A stretch of 64,000 nt of DNA from Octopus bimaculoides (GCF_001194135.2 NC_068983.1:66050009-66114008), one strand, 5' to 3'; positions 24,244-37,900 are shown, counted from the first letter of the stretch. Notes: generated from the sequence alone by a model not told the origin. A program made the numbers and translations.

Positions 24244-24244
24244 A

Positions 24245-24402
24245 ATGCGTGGGACCTAGTAGCGCTATTTTCTGTATGTCATATATACTTGTTGGTGCTG
24301 ATGTTTTTGTTATGTATTTGTCTGAATATTTTTTATCATTACTAATGCACCTACTATGATAGGAACTGTTTCTGTTTTTAGACGACACATTCGAGTTACC
24401 TC

Positions 24403-24404
<2 letters not shown>
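24245..24404 (-). mobile_element. R4/Dong-type retroelement C-terminal remnant (second family)
   Basis: Reverse strand translates EVTRMCRLKTETVPIIVGALVMIKKYSDKYITK...IQKIALLGPTH, the typical RLE C-terminus. Confidence 0.7.
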
Positions 24405-24467
<63 letters not shown>

Positions 24468-24468
24468 T
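24405..24468. repeat. (TAA)n tract
   Basis: Directly visible. Confidence 0.95.
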
Positions 24469-25664
24469 TATTGTCTTTGCACACCTTTTAACACTGGAGA
24501 TGTACTATGGTTTCAGCTGTTTACTACCTTATTTTTCAAGCACCATTCGGAGTATTCAAGTGGTTCCAAGCAGTTCTGTTTTCTGCAAGTGCTCCACCCT
24601 TATTGCAGCCCCTATTTATTCCATGTACTTCTAAAAGATTTTTATTCACAATTCTCAGCGTTTCAACAATTATTGGTAATACTACCACATTTTTCAGTGA
24701 CCACAACTGCTTAATCTCCCAAGCTAACCTGTTATATCTATCGACTTTTCTTTCTTCCTTATTGCATACCTTGTTGTCAGCTGGGCATGCTATATGATCC
24801 AGCATCGTTTGTTTTCTTTCTCAATTAACACTATGTCTACTTTCCTATTCTCTGCCCCATGGTCACACTAAATCATAAAATCCCATTGGATCTTTGCATT
24901 ATCATTTTTGATGATGCCTTCGGGTTTATGTTCATACCACTTTTTTGCTCTGTCAAAGTCAGTATTTGTTGCAAAGTTTCCAATAGACAATCCTTGCTAT
25001 GTTGTCATGACGTCTCTTATATTATTTCTGGGCCAGTGGTGTACATTGACTGGTAATATGCTATACGGTTTCACCATTTTGTCCACAAATTCTGCACTTA
25101 CCACTTTCTGATGTGTTGTCTATTCTGTATTTGATGTAACTGGTTCTTGCTTGCCCTTGGGCAGCACATATTAGAGCCTCCATTTTCGGTTTTAAATCAC
25201 TTTTAGTCATCCATAGCCATCTTTTTTCTCTATCTGTCATATCTTCAACATCCTTATGGAATTGTCCATGCATTCTTTTCTTTATCCACCAATTTTCAGT
25301 TTCATTCATTCTCAAGTGCTTGTACAGTGCTTTATCTTTGCAATCTTCCATCCAACACAAGCCTGACTTCTTTACTTCCAGTAATAGTGGTTCTGTGACA
25401 TTTTTTACATACCATGCTATGTTGTTTTCTTCTGCTCTAATGCTATGTTCACATCCATCCAATCAGTTCTCTTCCCCTCTTTCTCTTGGTACATACAGTC
25501 TGTCTGTGTCACTTTTTGGATGGAGTATCCCATATCTAGTCAGCAACTTCCTTGTCTTTCTGTCTAAGCTCTTTAGTTCATCTACTGTCCATGCGATTAT
25601 CTCTGCTCCATATCTAAGGAGTGAAACCACACAGGTGTTGATAGCTTCAATCTTATTCCACCTG
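24469..25664 (-). mobile_element. R4/Dong-type non-LTR retrotransposon (restriction-like endonuclease), 5'-truncated and decayed
   Basis: NKIEAINTCVVSLLRYGA..LDRKTRKLL..HPKSDTDRLYVPR; CCHC knuckle CRICGQNGETV*HITSQC; YKRRHD; RKVDIVLI..EERKVDRY endonuclease motif; (TAA)n on both sides. Confidence 0.9.
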
Positions 25665-25687
25665 TATTATTATTATTATTATTATTA

Positions 25688-25739
<52 letters not shown>

Positions 25740-25740
25740 A
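25665..25740. repeat. (TAA)n tract
   Basis: Directly visible. Confidence 0.95.
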
Positions 25741-25914
25741 TCATCCTTATTATTGAGTGGACATGACTCAAAGATTTTGGTATTTAGTTATCTTTATTTA
25801 CACTTCATCTGAAGTTCAGTCCAATGGAGGATACCTAATGTCAATGAAATTAACCACACATCAAACTCAAAAGTTTTTGGCTTCGTACATGTTGGAAATT
25901 TTTATTATAGCAAA

Positions 25915-26340
25915 GATGATAATGATAATAATGACAACAATCATTACCACCACCAACACCACTAACACCACCTCCTCCACTATCATCATCATCATTATAA
26001 GGATATCCATATTTAGAATGATGATCATGATACTAGATAATGACAACAATAATGATGGCAATTATGATGCTCTGGGTGATTAGGATGATGATAAGGATGT
26101 TGATCATCATCTTCATCATCATCATCATCATGAGAATGATACACATGATAATGATAATGGCGAAGCTAATGATAATGATGATTGGAAACAACGACTATGA
26201 TGCTGATGATGATGATCACAATGAAGGTGTTGGTTATAAAGATAAAGATGGTGGTGATGATGGTGAAGATAAAGATGAAGGTATGATAACAATGACAACA
26301 ATGCCTACGATGATGATGATGATGATGATAATGGTTTAGG
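25915..26340. repeat. Decayed (ATG/CAT)n low-complexity tract
   Basis: Directly visible. Confidence 0.85.
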
Positions 26341-26369
26341 TGTGATCATGATCATATTGATTTCTGTTG

Positions 26370-26560
26370 TAGGCACAAGGTCTGTAACTTTAAGGGGAGG
26401 GGAAATAGTCAGTATGATTGGTCACAGAACTTGACTGGTACTTTGTTTAATTGTTTTATTGAATGTGGGAAGGAAAAAAAAAAAGACCAAATTTGATCTC
26501 AGCAGGATTTGAACTCAGAATGTAAAAGAGTCAGAACTAATACAGCAAAGCATTTTTTAA
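26370..26560 (-). mobile_element. Old SINE family A copy, CpG-decayed
   Basis: aggcacaagg...gactggtact...ggatttgaactcagaatgtaaa. Confidence 0.6.
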
Positions 26561-27157
26561 TTTTTTTTTTTTTATGTCCAAATGATTCTGCTTGCTCACT
26601 GATAATCACAATAATGATGATTCTAATGATAGAAATGAAGTAGTCAATCATGATGATGACGATGACGACACTGATGATGATGATGATCATGATGATGATG
26701 ATGATCATGATGATCATGANNNNNNNNNNNNNNNNNNNNNNNNNNNNNNNNNNNNNNNNNNNNNNNNNNNNNNNNNNNNNNNNNNNNNNNNNNNNNNNNN
26801 NNNNNNNNNNNNNNNNNNNNNNNNNNNNNNNNNNNNNNNNNNNNNNNNNNNNNNNNNNNNNNNNNNNNNNNNNNNNNNNNNNNNNNNNNNNNNNNNNNNN
26901 NNNNNNNNNNNNNNNNNNNNNNNNNNNNNNNNNNNNNNNNNNNNNNNNNNNNNNNNNNNNNNNNNNNNNNNNNNNNNNNNNNNNNNNNNNNNNNNNNNNN
27001 NNNNNNNNNNNNNNNNNNNNNNNNNNNNNNNNNNNNNNNNNNNNNNNNNNNNNNNNNNNNNNNNNNNNNNNNNNNNNNNNNNNNNNNNNNNNNNNNNNNN
27101 NNNNNNNNNNNNNNNNNNNNNNNNNNNNNNNNNNNNNNNNNNNNNNNNNNNNNNNNN

Positions 27158-27245
<88 letters not shown>

Positions 27246-27780
27246 TCTTACTCCACATCTCCAGCCATTTATTTCAACCAACCCATCCACACTGCATTCA
27301 TCCACCCATACGTACACATACGTACAGCTACCCAAATATGTTGGTTACCTTAACTCTTAAGTGTCTATGTTTATCTATTGATCTGATTGTCTGCTGAAAA
27401 TGTTATCTCTGACACCATTGCCTGCTTTACTCTGACACTTTGTCCACCTATCAACAAACCTTTCATTCTGCGCATTATTATCTTCAAAGTATTCAACGCA
27501 CACAGACACACATGCTCACATGCAAGTACAAGCACATACATACAGTCATATTACATTTCACTATGTGTGTGTATGCATGTGTGTATGTGTGTGTGTATGC
27601 ATGTATACACATTCATGCGCACACATACACAAATAATTATATGCATATGTCTATGTATATGAATATATGTGTGTGTAAAAGTGTGTGCATATAAACCTAT
27701 CAGTTTATATGTGAGTGTCTATGTGTGCATTTTTTCATATATATTGATACATGCAAGCATACATATGCACTGATTCATTC

Positions 27781-27825
<45 letters not shown>

Positions 27826-27960
27826 TAGATATAATTATATATGTATATAGTGTGTGTATATATGCATACATATATGCATATACAGGTTTATATAACCATA
27901 TATATATGTGTGTGTGTGTGTATGTGTGTACATATACATATATATGTATGTGTGTGTATT

Positions 27961-28005
<45 letters not shown>

Positions 28006-28008
28006 GTA

Positions 28009-28047
<39 letters not shown>

Positions 28048-28049
28048 TA

Positions 28050-28241
28050 TGATTGACCGTTGACTGAACACTATTCAATTTTTTTTCTCCGTGTTTTTCT
28101 CCTTGTCTCCGTATTCTTTCTGTTGAAGAGCGTAGCTCGAAACGTCAAAGACTTTCCGTATTCCCGAGCGTCATACTAATATATACTTTTGTTATTTACA
28201 CCACCTGTCCTCGTCTGTTGTTATTTTTTGTATATTCTCCC
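28050..28241 (+). mobile_element. About 190 bp Penelope pLTR-like element inserted in (TA)n, carrying a hammerhead-like motif
   Basis: Sharp boundaries in (TA)n; T-rich body with tctttctgttgaagagcgtagctcgaaacgtcaaaga. The assignment rests on the known PLE-hammerhead association. Confidence 0.55.
28115..28151 (+). ncRNA. Minimal type I hammerhead ribozyme-like motif (A6U core variant, extra A after A9)
   Basis: Stem I UCUUU/AAAGA; core CUGUUGA+A; stem II GAG/CUC; GAA; palindromic ACGU stem III; GUC cleavage triplet (after 28146). Confidence 0.55.
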
Positions 28242-28254
28242 ATATATACATATA

Positions 28255-28287
<33 letters not shown>

Positions 28288-28699
28288 ACATATGTATGTA
28301 TATGTACATATGTATATATGTTTCTATGTATGTATACAAACTGACATAACTTTTCATTCTTCAAGAATAATCAATAAACGAAAGATCAGAGATCAAGAAA
28401 GTTTACAAGAAAATTGTGTTCTATGGTGTGTGTACAAGTAGAAACTGAAGCAACATTACAGTTAAACAGTGCACTCCATAGACTCAGCATGTCAGATATG
28501 GCATCGCAGAGAAGGCATCATAGACAGATTGTAACAATGTAGACAAAGCACCATTCTAGCAATCTACTGAAGAGAAAAAAAAACAGAAAAAGCATACAAA
28601 AATAAAGAATACCAATACAGCAGGACATTGAATAATAGGATCTTTTTTTAATTGAATAATTCAGCTTTTAAATTAAAGAAGAAAGAAAATAGGAAGAAA

Positions 28700-28800
28700 A
28701 TTTAGAAATTAAGAAAAATTGGAACTAAATGAAGAAAAATTGAAACTAAATGAAGAAAAATTGATAGAACTGAAGAAAAATTGATAGAACTGAAGAAAAT
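28700..28800. repeat. Short 20-21 bp tandem repeat (gaagaaaaattgRaactaaat x2, gaagaaaaattgatagaact x2)
   Basis: Directly visible. Confidence 0.75.
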
Positions 28801-29276
28801 AACGAATGAAAATTGAGAAAAAATTACTGAAGAAAATGAAGAATTGCTGGAAAATACAAAAAAAAGTAAGAAAAACTGCTTTTAAAATGAAGAAAAATAC
28901 TGTCAAATCTACTTAGTAACCATGTAATAACATTGTGAAAACATTTCCAGAAGATATATTTGTTTATTTATTTGTTTGTTGCATTTTTATTGTTATTTTG
29001 TTTGAATTGTTTGTTTATTTACTTTTTGTCTATTTTTTTTTTTTACTATTTATTTGGATGTGTTTAAGGTTTCTGTTTCCTTTTCTTTTTTTTTCCATTT
29101 TTTCTTTTTTCCTTTTGTCTTTTTCCACCTTGCAACATTTTGATAGCATTCTGCAGACATGTAGTGGTTAGAGATAAAAGTTCTATCAGACGCACAGGAG
29201 TGGGTCAGGTGTGTGATAAATTGAGTCACTCAATCAGGATTTGCAGAAGGTTGCAGGGTGGAATACAAACATATAT

Positions 29277-29308
<32 letters not shown>

Positions 29309-29614
29309 TATCATTATTATTATATATATATATATATATATATAATAATAATGATAATAATCTTCTCTCTGTATATATATATGTATGTATATATGTGTGT
29401 GTATATATGCATGCATACATACATATATATATGTATATACATATATATTCATACATATATCCATACACATATACACAAACACATACACACATACATACAT
29501 ATATGCATACATACATATAGGCATACATACATATATATATATAAATATATATGTGTGTATCCATACATATATATCTATATATACATGTGTGTATATATGT
29601 GTTTGTGTGTGAGA

Positions 29615-29648
<34 letters not shown>

Positions 29649-29914
29649 NNNNNNNNNNNNNNNNNNNNNNNNNNNNNNNNNNNNNNNNNNNNNNNNNNNN
29701 NNNNNNNNNNNNNNNNNNNNNNNNNNNNNNNNNNNNNNNNNNNNNNNNNNNNNNNNNNNNNNNNNNNNNNNNNNNNNNNNNNNNNNNNNNNNNNNNNNNN
29801 NNNNNNNNNNNNNNNNNNNNNNNNNNNNNNNNNNNNNNNNNNNNNNNNNNNNNNTATATATATATATATGTATATACGCACACATGTACATACGCATATA
29901 TACATACAAGGTGT

Positions 29915-29961
<47 letters not shown>

Positions 29962-30548
29962 AGAAAGAGTGTGAGTGAGAAAGAGATGTAGGGGGCTAGG
30001 ACTATATTTCTCCACTGAAACATAAAATTTCTCTTTCTGTTCTGAATCAGTAAAAGCAACAAAGAATTCAACAGAACCAAAAATTTGGAAAATCAAATAT
30101 GAAAGGGAATAAAATGATGGAATGGTGTTTGGTTTCAGATAGATGTATATCCTTAGAGTAGAAAAACTAAAAGAGAGTGGATACAGCAGATGACATGGCT
30201 ACAACTGATGATAATGTTGATGATGATGATGATGCTGAAAAATACAGTGGCAGTGGTGGCAGTTGAAGTTGCAGAGGTGGTGATGGCAGCAGTGGAAGAG
30301 GCAATGGTGGCAGTGGGGATGGTGATGGCGGTAGTACTGGTTATAAGAGTGGTGGTGGTGGTGGTAGTGGTGGTGGTGAATATTTCTATCAGCACTACGA
30401 AATCTAGGAGACGTTTTGAATTGCATCTCTACAAACAACCCAAATGGGAGAACCTCACAGGAAATCAACTGCATTTTCTTTTCATCATAGCCTCATATAT
30501 ATATATATGTATGCATATATATACATGCATACATACATATATATATAC

Positions 30549-30902
30549 AGGCGTGGCTATGTGGTAAGAAGTTGGGCTTCCCACCGACATCATTCTGGGA
30601 TGTTCAGTCACACTGTGTGGCAAGTGCCTTCTACTATAGCCTTGGGCCAACCAAAAGCCCTGTGAGTGGATTTGAGGTGTGTGACTTTGTGTCCGTTTTT
30701 GACCCACCATCACTGCTTGGCAACCAGTGTTGTGTTTACTTCCCTGTAACTTAGTGATTCAACAAAAGAAACTCATTGATTAAGTACTATGCTTTAAAAA
30801 AATCCGTAAGTACTGTGGTCAATTTGTTTGACTAAAACCCTTCAAGGTGGTGCTCAACATGGCTGCAATCAAATGACTGAAGCAAGTAAAAGAATAAAAG
30901 AA
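30549..30902 (+). mobile_element. SINE family B, full length
   Basis: ggcgtggctatgtggtaag head...caagtgccttctactatagccttgggc...aaatgactgaagcaagtaaaagaataaaagaat. Confidence 0.8.
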
Positions 30903-31934
30903 TATATATGCAGTTGAAATTTATAGAAAAACAAGACAAAAACCGGTGTATGAACAACAAACAAGTGTATTAGTTTGATGCTCAGGAAAATGAAAAAGTC
31001 TTTTATGCTTCAAGCATATACTCTTCAACATGCATACATACATGCATATATATATACATATATATATATANNNNNNNNNNNNNNNNNNNNNNNNNNNNNN
31101 NNNNNNNNNNNNNNNNNNNNNNNNNNNNNNNNNNNNNNNNATAGATATAGATATATAGATATATATATATATAATGTATGTATGTATTTATATTTATCTA
31201 TTTTAGCTATTTTTGATGGAAGCAGCCCTTGTAACAAATATTAATGAACACATTTTACTTAACTCAGATGTTTTGTTTTGAATACTGTAGACTGTAGTAA
31301 TCATCTTGAGAAATCATCTCCTATACATGCTAAGTGCTATAAAAAGGACAGATTATATTGGTTGACAAAATACCAGCAGACGGCACTGTTGTATTATATG
31401 ATTTCATCATAGGTTGCAAATCACCAACAACAGGTTGCCAAACACTGAATGCCAGATCAAAAATTTGTCAAACCAATATAGTTTAAGACTGGCTAAATAG
31501 TCAGTGATGTCACAAAAAGCTGGCTGGCTGGCTGTGAATAAATTAACTATAATACACAGCCATTGTACTGGCATGGCTTCAATAGGTTGTTAGTCTTAGT
31601 CTGTTCATATTGAAAGTTGCTGTCCTCCTCAATAGGATAGAGTACCATGTCTTTCTCATATATTTCTTTTAACAGTTTCTGCAACTGGATACAATTGTTT
31701 ATTTTATGAATAGCTATTTGCCAAACTGTTAGGTTACAAGGCATAAACAACAACACTAGATTTTCTATATAAATACAGAGAAACAGATGCAAGCATACAC
31801 ATATTTGCAAATATACATGTTATGTTAGAAAATCCTATCACATTCCCAGATGAAAAAGAAACAAATACTTCTTTAGGTTTAATTAATACATTTAATCACA
31901 ATAATATTTCCCCTCATTATTGATTTCAAACGTT

Positions 31935-32132
31935 GGCACAGGGCCAGCAATTTTGGGGGATGAGGTAAGTCATCATTGATCCCAGTTTTCAACTGCTACT
32001 GATTTTATAGACTCTGAAAGGGATGAAAGACAAAGTCAAACTCAGTGGAATTTGAACCTAGAATGTTAAGGCAGATGAAATGCCATTAATCATTTTCCCC
32101 AGTATATTCATGATTTTGCCAACTTGCTGCCT
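31935..32132 (-). mobile_element. Old SINE family A copy, CpG-decayed
   Basis: Head reads ggcagcaagttggc versus ggcggcgagctggc in the young copies. Confidence 0.75.
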
Positions 32133-32139
32133 TATTTCC

Positions 32140-33010
32140 CCTCTTTATTGATAACATAATCCAATTCATCTGGCAAAGTGTTCATCACTCAGGCACTAGA
32201 TGCAAAGAAATACTCAGTATCATTCTTAACTTCTTCACAATTGATATACTCATTTCCCTGTAAATAAGGTTACAATGATCTGAAAAGATGATAGTCAGAT
32301 AGACTCAAGGCAGGAGAGTAAATAAAATGAGGTAAAACTTTTGTATTTAGTGCCGTAATCTTTTCTAGAATGACTTAAGCAAAATATGATTTTATATTGT
32401 CATGTACTAACAATACACCTTTATGACTGACCAATGACAAATGCTTTTCCAACAAATTTTCATTCAATGTTTCCAGTTGATGACAATAGTTCTCCATGAT
32501 AAATGTTTCATTTTTCATTTAACACTTAATGACAGACTACACCTTTCATATCCCAACAAACACAGAACATAGCATTTTCAACTGTAGTCTTGGTTTGGGG
32601 ATGTACTCTTTTACATTGGGTGTTGACCATTTTTGTTGGATGCAGCTATAGAGAACCCACTTTACATCACTTGTAATAATTCTACCCAGGAAAGATTCAG
32701 TAGCATGGCTACCCATCAATAATGACCAGAGGGCATTTCTTTGTTTAAGCTGAGAAGCAGTCAGATAACAAGTGACCCACTGACCAAGTTTAGACACTTT
32801 TTCTTGCTCATAAAGATGTTTTATCATCAAAGTGTGACTTGAATTGAACCGTTTGCTAATTTTCATGCAGTTTGCTTTGGATTCTCCTCAACTATAATTT
32901 TCAGAAGCTCAAAATTGACAGAAGTTCATTGTCCAAATTGAAGGGAATCTGCAAGAGAACAGTCTCTCAAACAAAACTGATCAAACCATTATTGGCATGT
33001 CCAGACATTT
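32140..33010 (-). mobile_element. Mariner transposase remnant
   Basis: KVSKLGQWV..., FLGRIITSDVKWVLY, PKPRLQLK; C-terminus EEVKNDTEYFFASS. Confidence 0.8.
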
Positions 33011-33323
33011 AAAGCTACATTTCCATAGACAGAACAAATATTTCTTACCATTTCTATTGCTGAATAGTTTCTTTTGAATTTATAAAGCATACAGTGTCTG
33101 ATATAGGCCTAGTCTAAGCTCATTTTCAGAGAATAAAATCGATATGAATTTAACCACCATGTTATGAAGTATTCTGTAAAGAAAGAAAAAGACATTAAAA
33201 TGTATAAAATTATGCCTATTTTACCATAAGTATTCACAAAGTACCCTCAATGTGATCATGTCAAGAAAGCAACAGTACTTTTTTCCTACCAACTATATGT
33301 GTGCATGTGTATTTATATATGTG

Positions 33324-33371
<48 letters not shown>

Positions 33372-33849
33372 NNNNNNNNNNNNNNNNNNNNNNNNNNNNN
33401 NNNNNNNNNNNNNNNNNNNNNNNNNNNNNNNNNNNNNNNNNNNNNNNNNNNNNNNNNNNNNNNNNNNNNNNNNNNNNNNNNNNNNNNNNNNNNNNNNNNN
33501 NNNNNNNNNNNNNNNNNNNNNNNNNNNNNNNNNNNNNNNNNNNNNNNNNNNNNNNNNNNNNNNNNNNNNNNNNNNNNNNNNNNNNNNNNNNNNNNNNNNN
33601 NNNNNNNNNNNNNNNNNNNNNNNNNNNNNNNNNNNNNNNNNNNNNNNNNNNNNNNNNNNNNNNNNNNNNNNNNNNNNNNNNNNNNNNNNNNNNNNNNNNN
33701 NNNNNNNNNNNNNNNNNNNNNNNNNNNNNNNNNNNNNNNNNNNNNNNNNNNNNNNNNNNNNNNNNNNNNNNNNNNNNNNATATATATATATATATAGATG
33801 TATGTAAATATACACACATATATATGGTATTCTATCTGTGACATGCCCT

Positions 33850-34550
33850 TGCAATGAGACTGAATGTTTTTTTGAAGTTGTTGATTAGAGATGAAAAATG
33901 AATTGTGTACAATAACGTAATATGGAAACGGTTATAGAGATTGCATGAGAAGCTACTAATATAGCTACGAAAGTAGAATATTCATGCTTAAAAAAAGTTA
34001 TGCTTTGTGTCTGGAGGGATTTCAAAGGCATTAATTATTATTTATGAGTTACTCCCCACATTATCACACCAACAACTCTGATATGTACTGTTGCCAGTTG
34101 GAGAAATAGAATAAAAAATTCAGCAGATGAGGCCAGAACATATTCCCTCTCGCAACAGGGAGAGGGAATATGTTCCAACAAGACAATGCCACAATTCATG
34201 TGCCTTCGTCTACACACACAAAGCTGCATGACCATGGGTGGAATCTGTTATCACATCTACCAACATTGCTGCATTTGTCTTTCATTTGTTCAGGTTTCCA
34301 TAAAATTCCTAGAATGGAAAATCATATAATGATTTTGATGCAGTGAAAAACCACCTGGATAATTTTTATTTCCACTAAGACAGTCCACTTCTATGCAAAT
34401 GGAATTTTGAAGCTGTCAAATAGTTGGACAAAAGTCATGAACAACGATGGAGAGTGGTAATTTGATGAATAAAAATTATTGTAAAGTAAATAAATTCATT
34501 TTATTTCTATCCTTTCCAGACAACACAATTATTTAATGAGCCTATTAATC
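33850..34550 (+). mobile_element. Mariner transposase remnant (different copy)
   Basis: FLKLLIRDEK*IVYNN, YELL..NSDMYCCQL, FQQDNATIH, AVKNHLDNF...FYANGILKLSNSWTKVMNNDG. Confidence 0.8.
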
Positions 34551-34986
34551 CAGTTGATCAAACAACTGAACATGCAGCCAGAAATGCTGACCATTTAATA
34601 GACACACATACACATATATGTATATAAATATATATATACATGTCAGACTTATGCAGTTTCCATCTACCAACTTTCACTTTCAATGCATTGGTCATTCCAA
34701 AGCTATAGTTAAAGTCACTTCTCTCAAGTACTATACAGAGAGACTGAACCTGATACCATGTGGTTGAAAAACATACTTCTTAACTTCACAGCCATGTCAG
34801 GGCACACACTGTTGAAGATTTTTTTCAGGCAGAACTTACTGCTGTGATTGGTATTCCAGCCATGATCACTCAGTCCTTTAGTGGTATATAGGGGTACTAC
34901 ATGACTGAATGTCTCATATCAACTGCTTTTGCAAATAGATGACATAGATGCTCCAAATGGTTGATTGTGTAATGGAGCAGATTGTA

Positions 34987-37900
34987 TTGGGTTGCCCAAA
35001 AATTTTGTTCAGCTATTTTTAAGTGAAAATAAGACACAAGTTTTAAACACATTATCATCAACATCATCATCTTTTAATGTCCATTGTCTATGCTGGCATG
35101 AGTTGGGTGGTTTGACTAGGGCTGACAAGCTGGAAGGCTACACCAAACTCAAGTCTGATTTGCCATGATTTCTACAGCTGGATACCCTTCCTAATGCCAA
35201 CCACTCCAAGAGTGTAATGAGTGCTTTTACATGCCACCAGCACAGGTACTATTTGGTGTGACACTGGTATCTATCACAACTGTGATAGATACTTGATGGG
35301 TTTTCTTCAAGATACTTGATGGGTCTTCTTCAAGATACTTGATGGGTCTTCCTCAAGTTTGCTCAACTTGTGGGGTCTTGTTCTCAAGCACAACATAATG
35401 CCACAGGTCTCGGTCATTGCATCCATGAGGCCCAACACTCAAAAAGAACTCACCTCTATGAGGCTCAATACTTGAAAGGAACTCGGCCACTTTACCTCCA
35501 TGAGGCTTAATGCTCAAAAGGGGTCTTTTTGCACCACCAGCACAGGTGCCAGTTACATGACACCAGCATCAGTCACAACTATGATTTCACTTGGCTTAAT
35601 GGGTCTTCTCAAGTACAGCATATCCCCAAAGGTCACAGACACTAGTCATTGCCTCTATGAGGCTCAAAGTTTGAAGATCATGCTTCACCACCTCGTCTCA
35701 TGTTTTCCTGGGTCTACCTCTATCACGGGTTCCCTCCACAGTTAGAGATCAGCACTTCTTTACTCAGCTGTCCTTGTCCATACACATCACATGACCATAC
35801 CAATGCAGTCATCTCCCTTGCACACCATATCTGATGCCTCTTATGCCTAATTTTTCTCTCAATTTTTCTCTTTGTTGAACATGCACGCTAACATTGCACA
35901 TCCAGCGAAGCATATTGGCTTCATTTCTTTCAAACCTAGACATGTCCTCGGCTGTCACAACCTATGTTTTACTGCCATGTAGCATAGCTGTTTGCACACA
36001 GGCATCATACAATCTTCCTTTCATTCTGAGAGATAAGCCTTTTGTTGTCAGCAGAAGTAGGAGTTCTCTGAACTTTGCCTGGCCTAATCTTATTCTCTCA
36101 GCTACACTCTCGGAGCATCCACCTCTGCTACTTACTTGGTCACCTAGATAACGAAGCTATCTACTACCTCTAGATTGCCCTCTTGGCAGTTGATGGAGTC
36201 TATTTTCTGCACATTTTCAGCGTTTATTGTACTTGTGCAGCTTCCACATACAAAAGCTATTTTCCCTGTTAGCTTTCTTCTGATATTGCTGCACTTTTTA
36301 TATGTCCAAAGCTTACACCAGGTGCATCTTATGGAGTTTCTACCTACACCTTTTCTACAGATCAAGCAGGGTCATCTACTTGAAGGGATTTGTGATTTGT
36401 CTACCTTCCTACTTAACTTACTGAGACTTTGGTTTTTGCTAGGTTAACTCTAAGGCCCTCCGATTCTAGACCTTGCTTCCATACCTAGAATTTCTTCTTT
36501 AGTTCAGCTATAAGAGCAAGGTCATGAGCATAGAGGAGCTCCCAGGGGCAGACTGTCTTAAATTCCCTTCTTTTAAATTCCTGGAGGACTATGATGAACA
36601 AGAGGGGGATAAGAACCAACCCTTGGTGAACCCCTAATTGTACCCTGAATTCTTCACCGTACTCATTGTCAACCCTCACCTTACTGGCAGCGTCCCTGTA
36701 CATAGCTTGTCCAGCTCACACCAACCACTCATCTATCTCTAGTTTCCACATTGACCACCAGATAAGGGATCAGGGGACCTTGTCAAAGGCTTTCTCTATG
36801 TCAATGAAAGCCAAATACAGACGTTTATCTTTGGCTAAGTATTTCTCCTGCAGCTGCCTTACCTGAAATATAGCACAAAGCCAAACTGCATCACACCTAG
36901 GCTTACTCTCTCCCTAATTAGTTGAGCTATAACACTCTGTAGCTTTTATCACCTTATCCAACAATTTGATATCTCTGTAATTATTTCTTAGGCATCACCT
37001 TTATCTTTGAAGTTCCAGTATCTTCTGTCATTGCATGGGCAAAAGCATTATTTCCTGCTCAAAGAATTTCCCGTCTTTACTAACAATAGACTCTTCCAGG
37101 TGAATTTTACACCATTTTCAGAGTTGAAGGACTGTCCATCCAAAGAATTTTGAAGAGATTAAAACATGTAAAAATCTGAAGGCACAAGGTCAGCTAAATA
37201 TGGAGGATGTAGAAAAACTTTCCAGCCAAGCCCCAGTAATTTCTGCCATGACTACAAAGAAGTATACAGTCTGACATTGTTGTGATTAAAGACAATGACC
37301 TAATGATGAGCATGTGTTGGATGCCTCTGGTTGATCACTGCATTTAATTGGTCTGAACTGGTGGTTCTGTCTGTGAGAAGAAGCTTGTAAAAGACAACAC
37401 CCTTCCAATCTCACTTAATTGAAAGCATAACTTTCCTCAGGTGAAGTCCTGTTTTGGAGGTTGTTTGTGGTGGTTTGCCTTATGTCCCCATGGCTGTTTG
37501 TGCTTCATATTTGTATAGGCAATCTATTTTGTATCTCCTGTCACCAATCTCTTCAAAAAAGGGATTGTTTTATTCCAATTTCTACAATGAATTGCAGATG
37601 GAAGTCCATTGAGGATGATTAGCTTTATTCAATTGATGTTGGGCCCAAACATCAAGCCTGCTGATGCTACCAGGTTGTTACAAATTGTTTTCAACACTTG
37701 ATTTGGATATTTTGGGAACACTTGGATTTGGATATTTGCAATCATCTTGGTCATATAACAGGGGTTGGTTGCAATGAATTTTAGCTGGCCAGCCAGAGCA
37801 AGGTGCATCTTAAACCAAAAAATATCCCAATCAAAACTTTGAAAACCACTTCTGGCATACACATTCCATAACTGCATCCTGTCTGTATAAAGTTCATATC

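Noticed and set aside
27779-28078. IY/CV/HT/poly-I/poly-V ORFs throughout the track
   Set aside because: Translations of (TA)n, (CA)n and trinucleotide microsatellites; no coding signal.
31547-31735. Protein-like minus ORF (WQIAIHKINNCIQLQKLLKEIYEKDMVLYP...)
   Set aside because: No good donor, ends in a stop, and no recognisable motif; cannot be supported.
35285-35355. 23-bp unit x3 (gatacttgatgggtcttcttcaa)
   Set aside because: Local slippage inside the RTE 3' UTR; not a CRISPR array, since there are no spacers and the sequence is eukaryotic.
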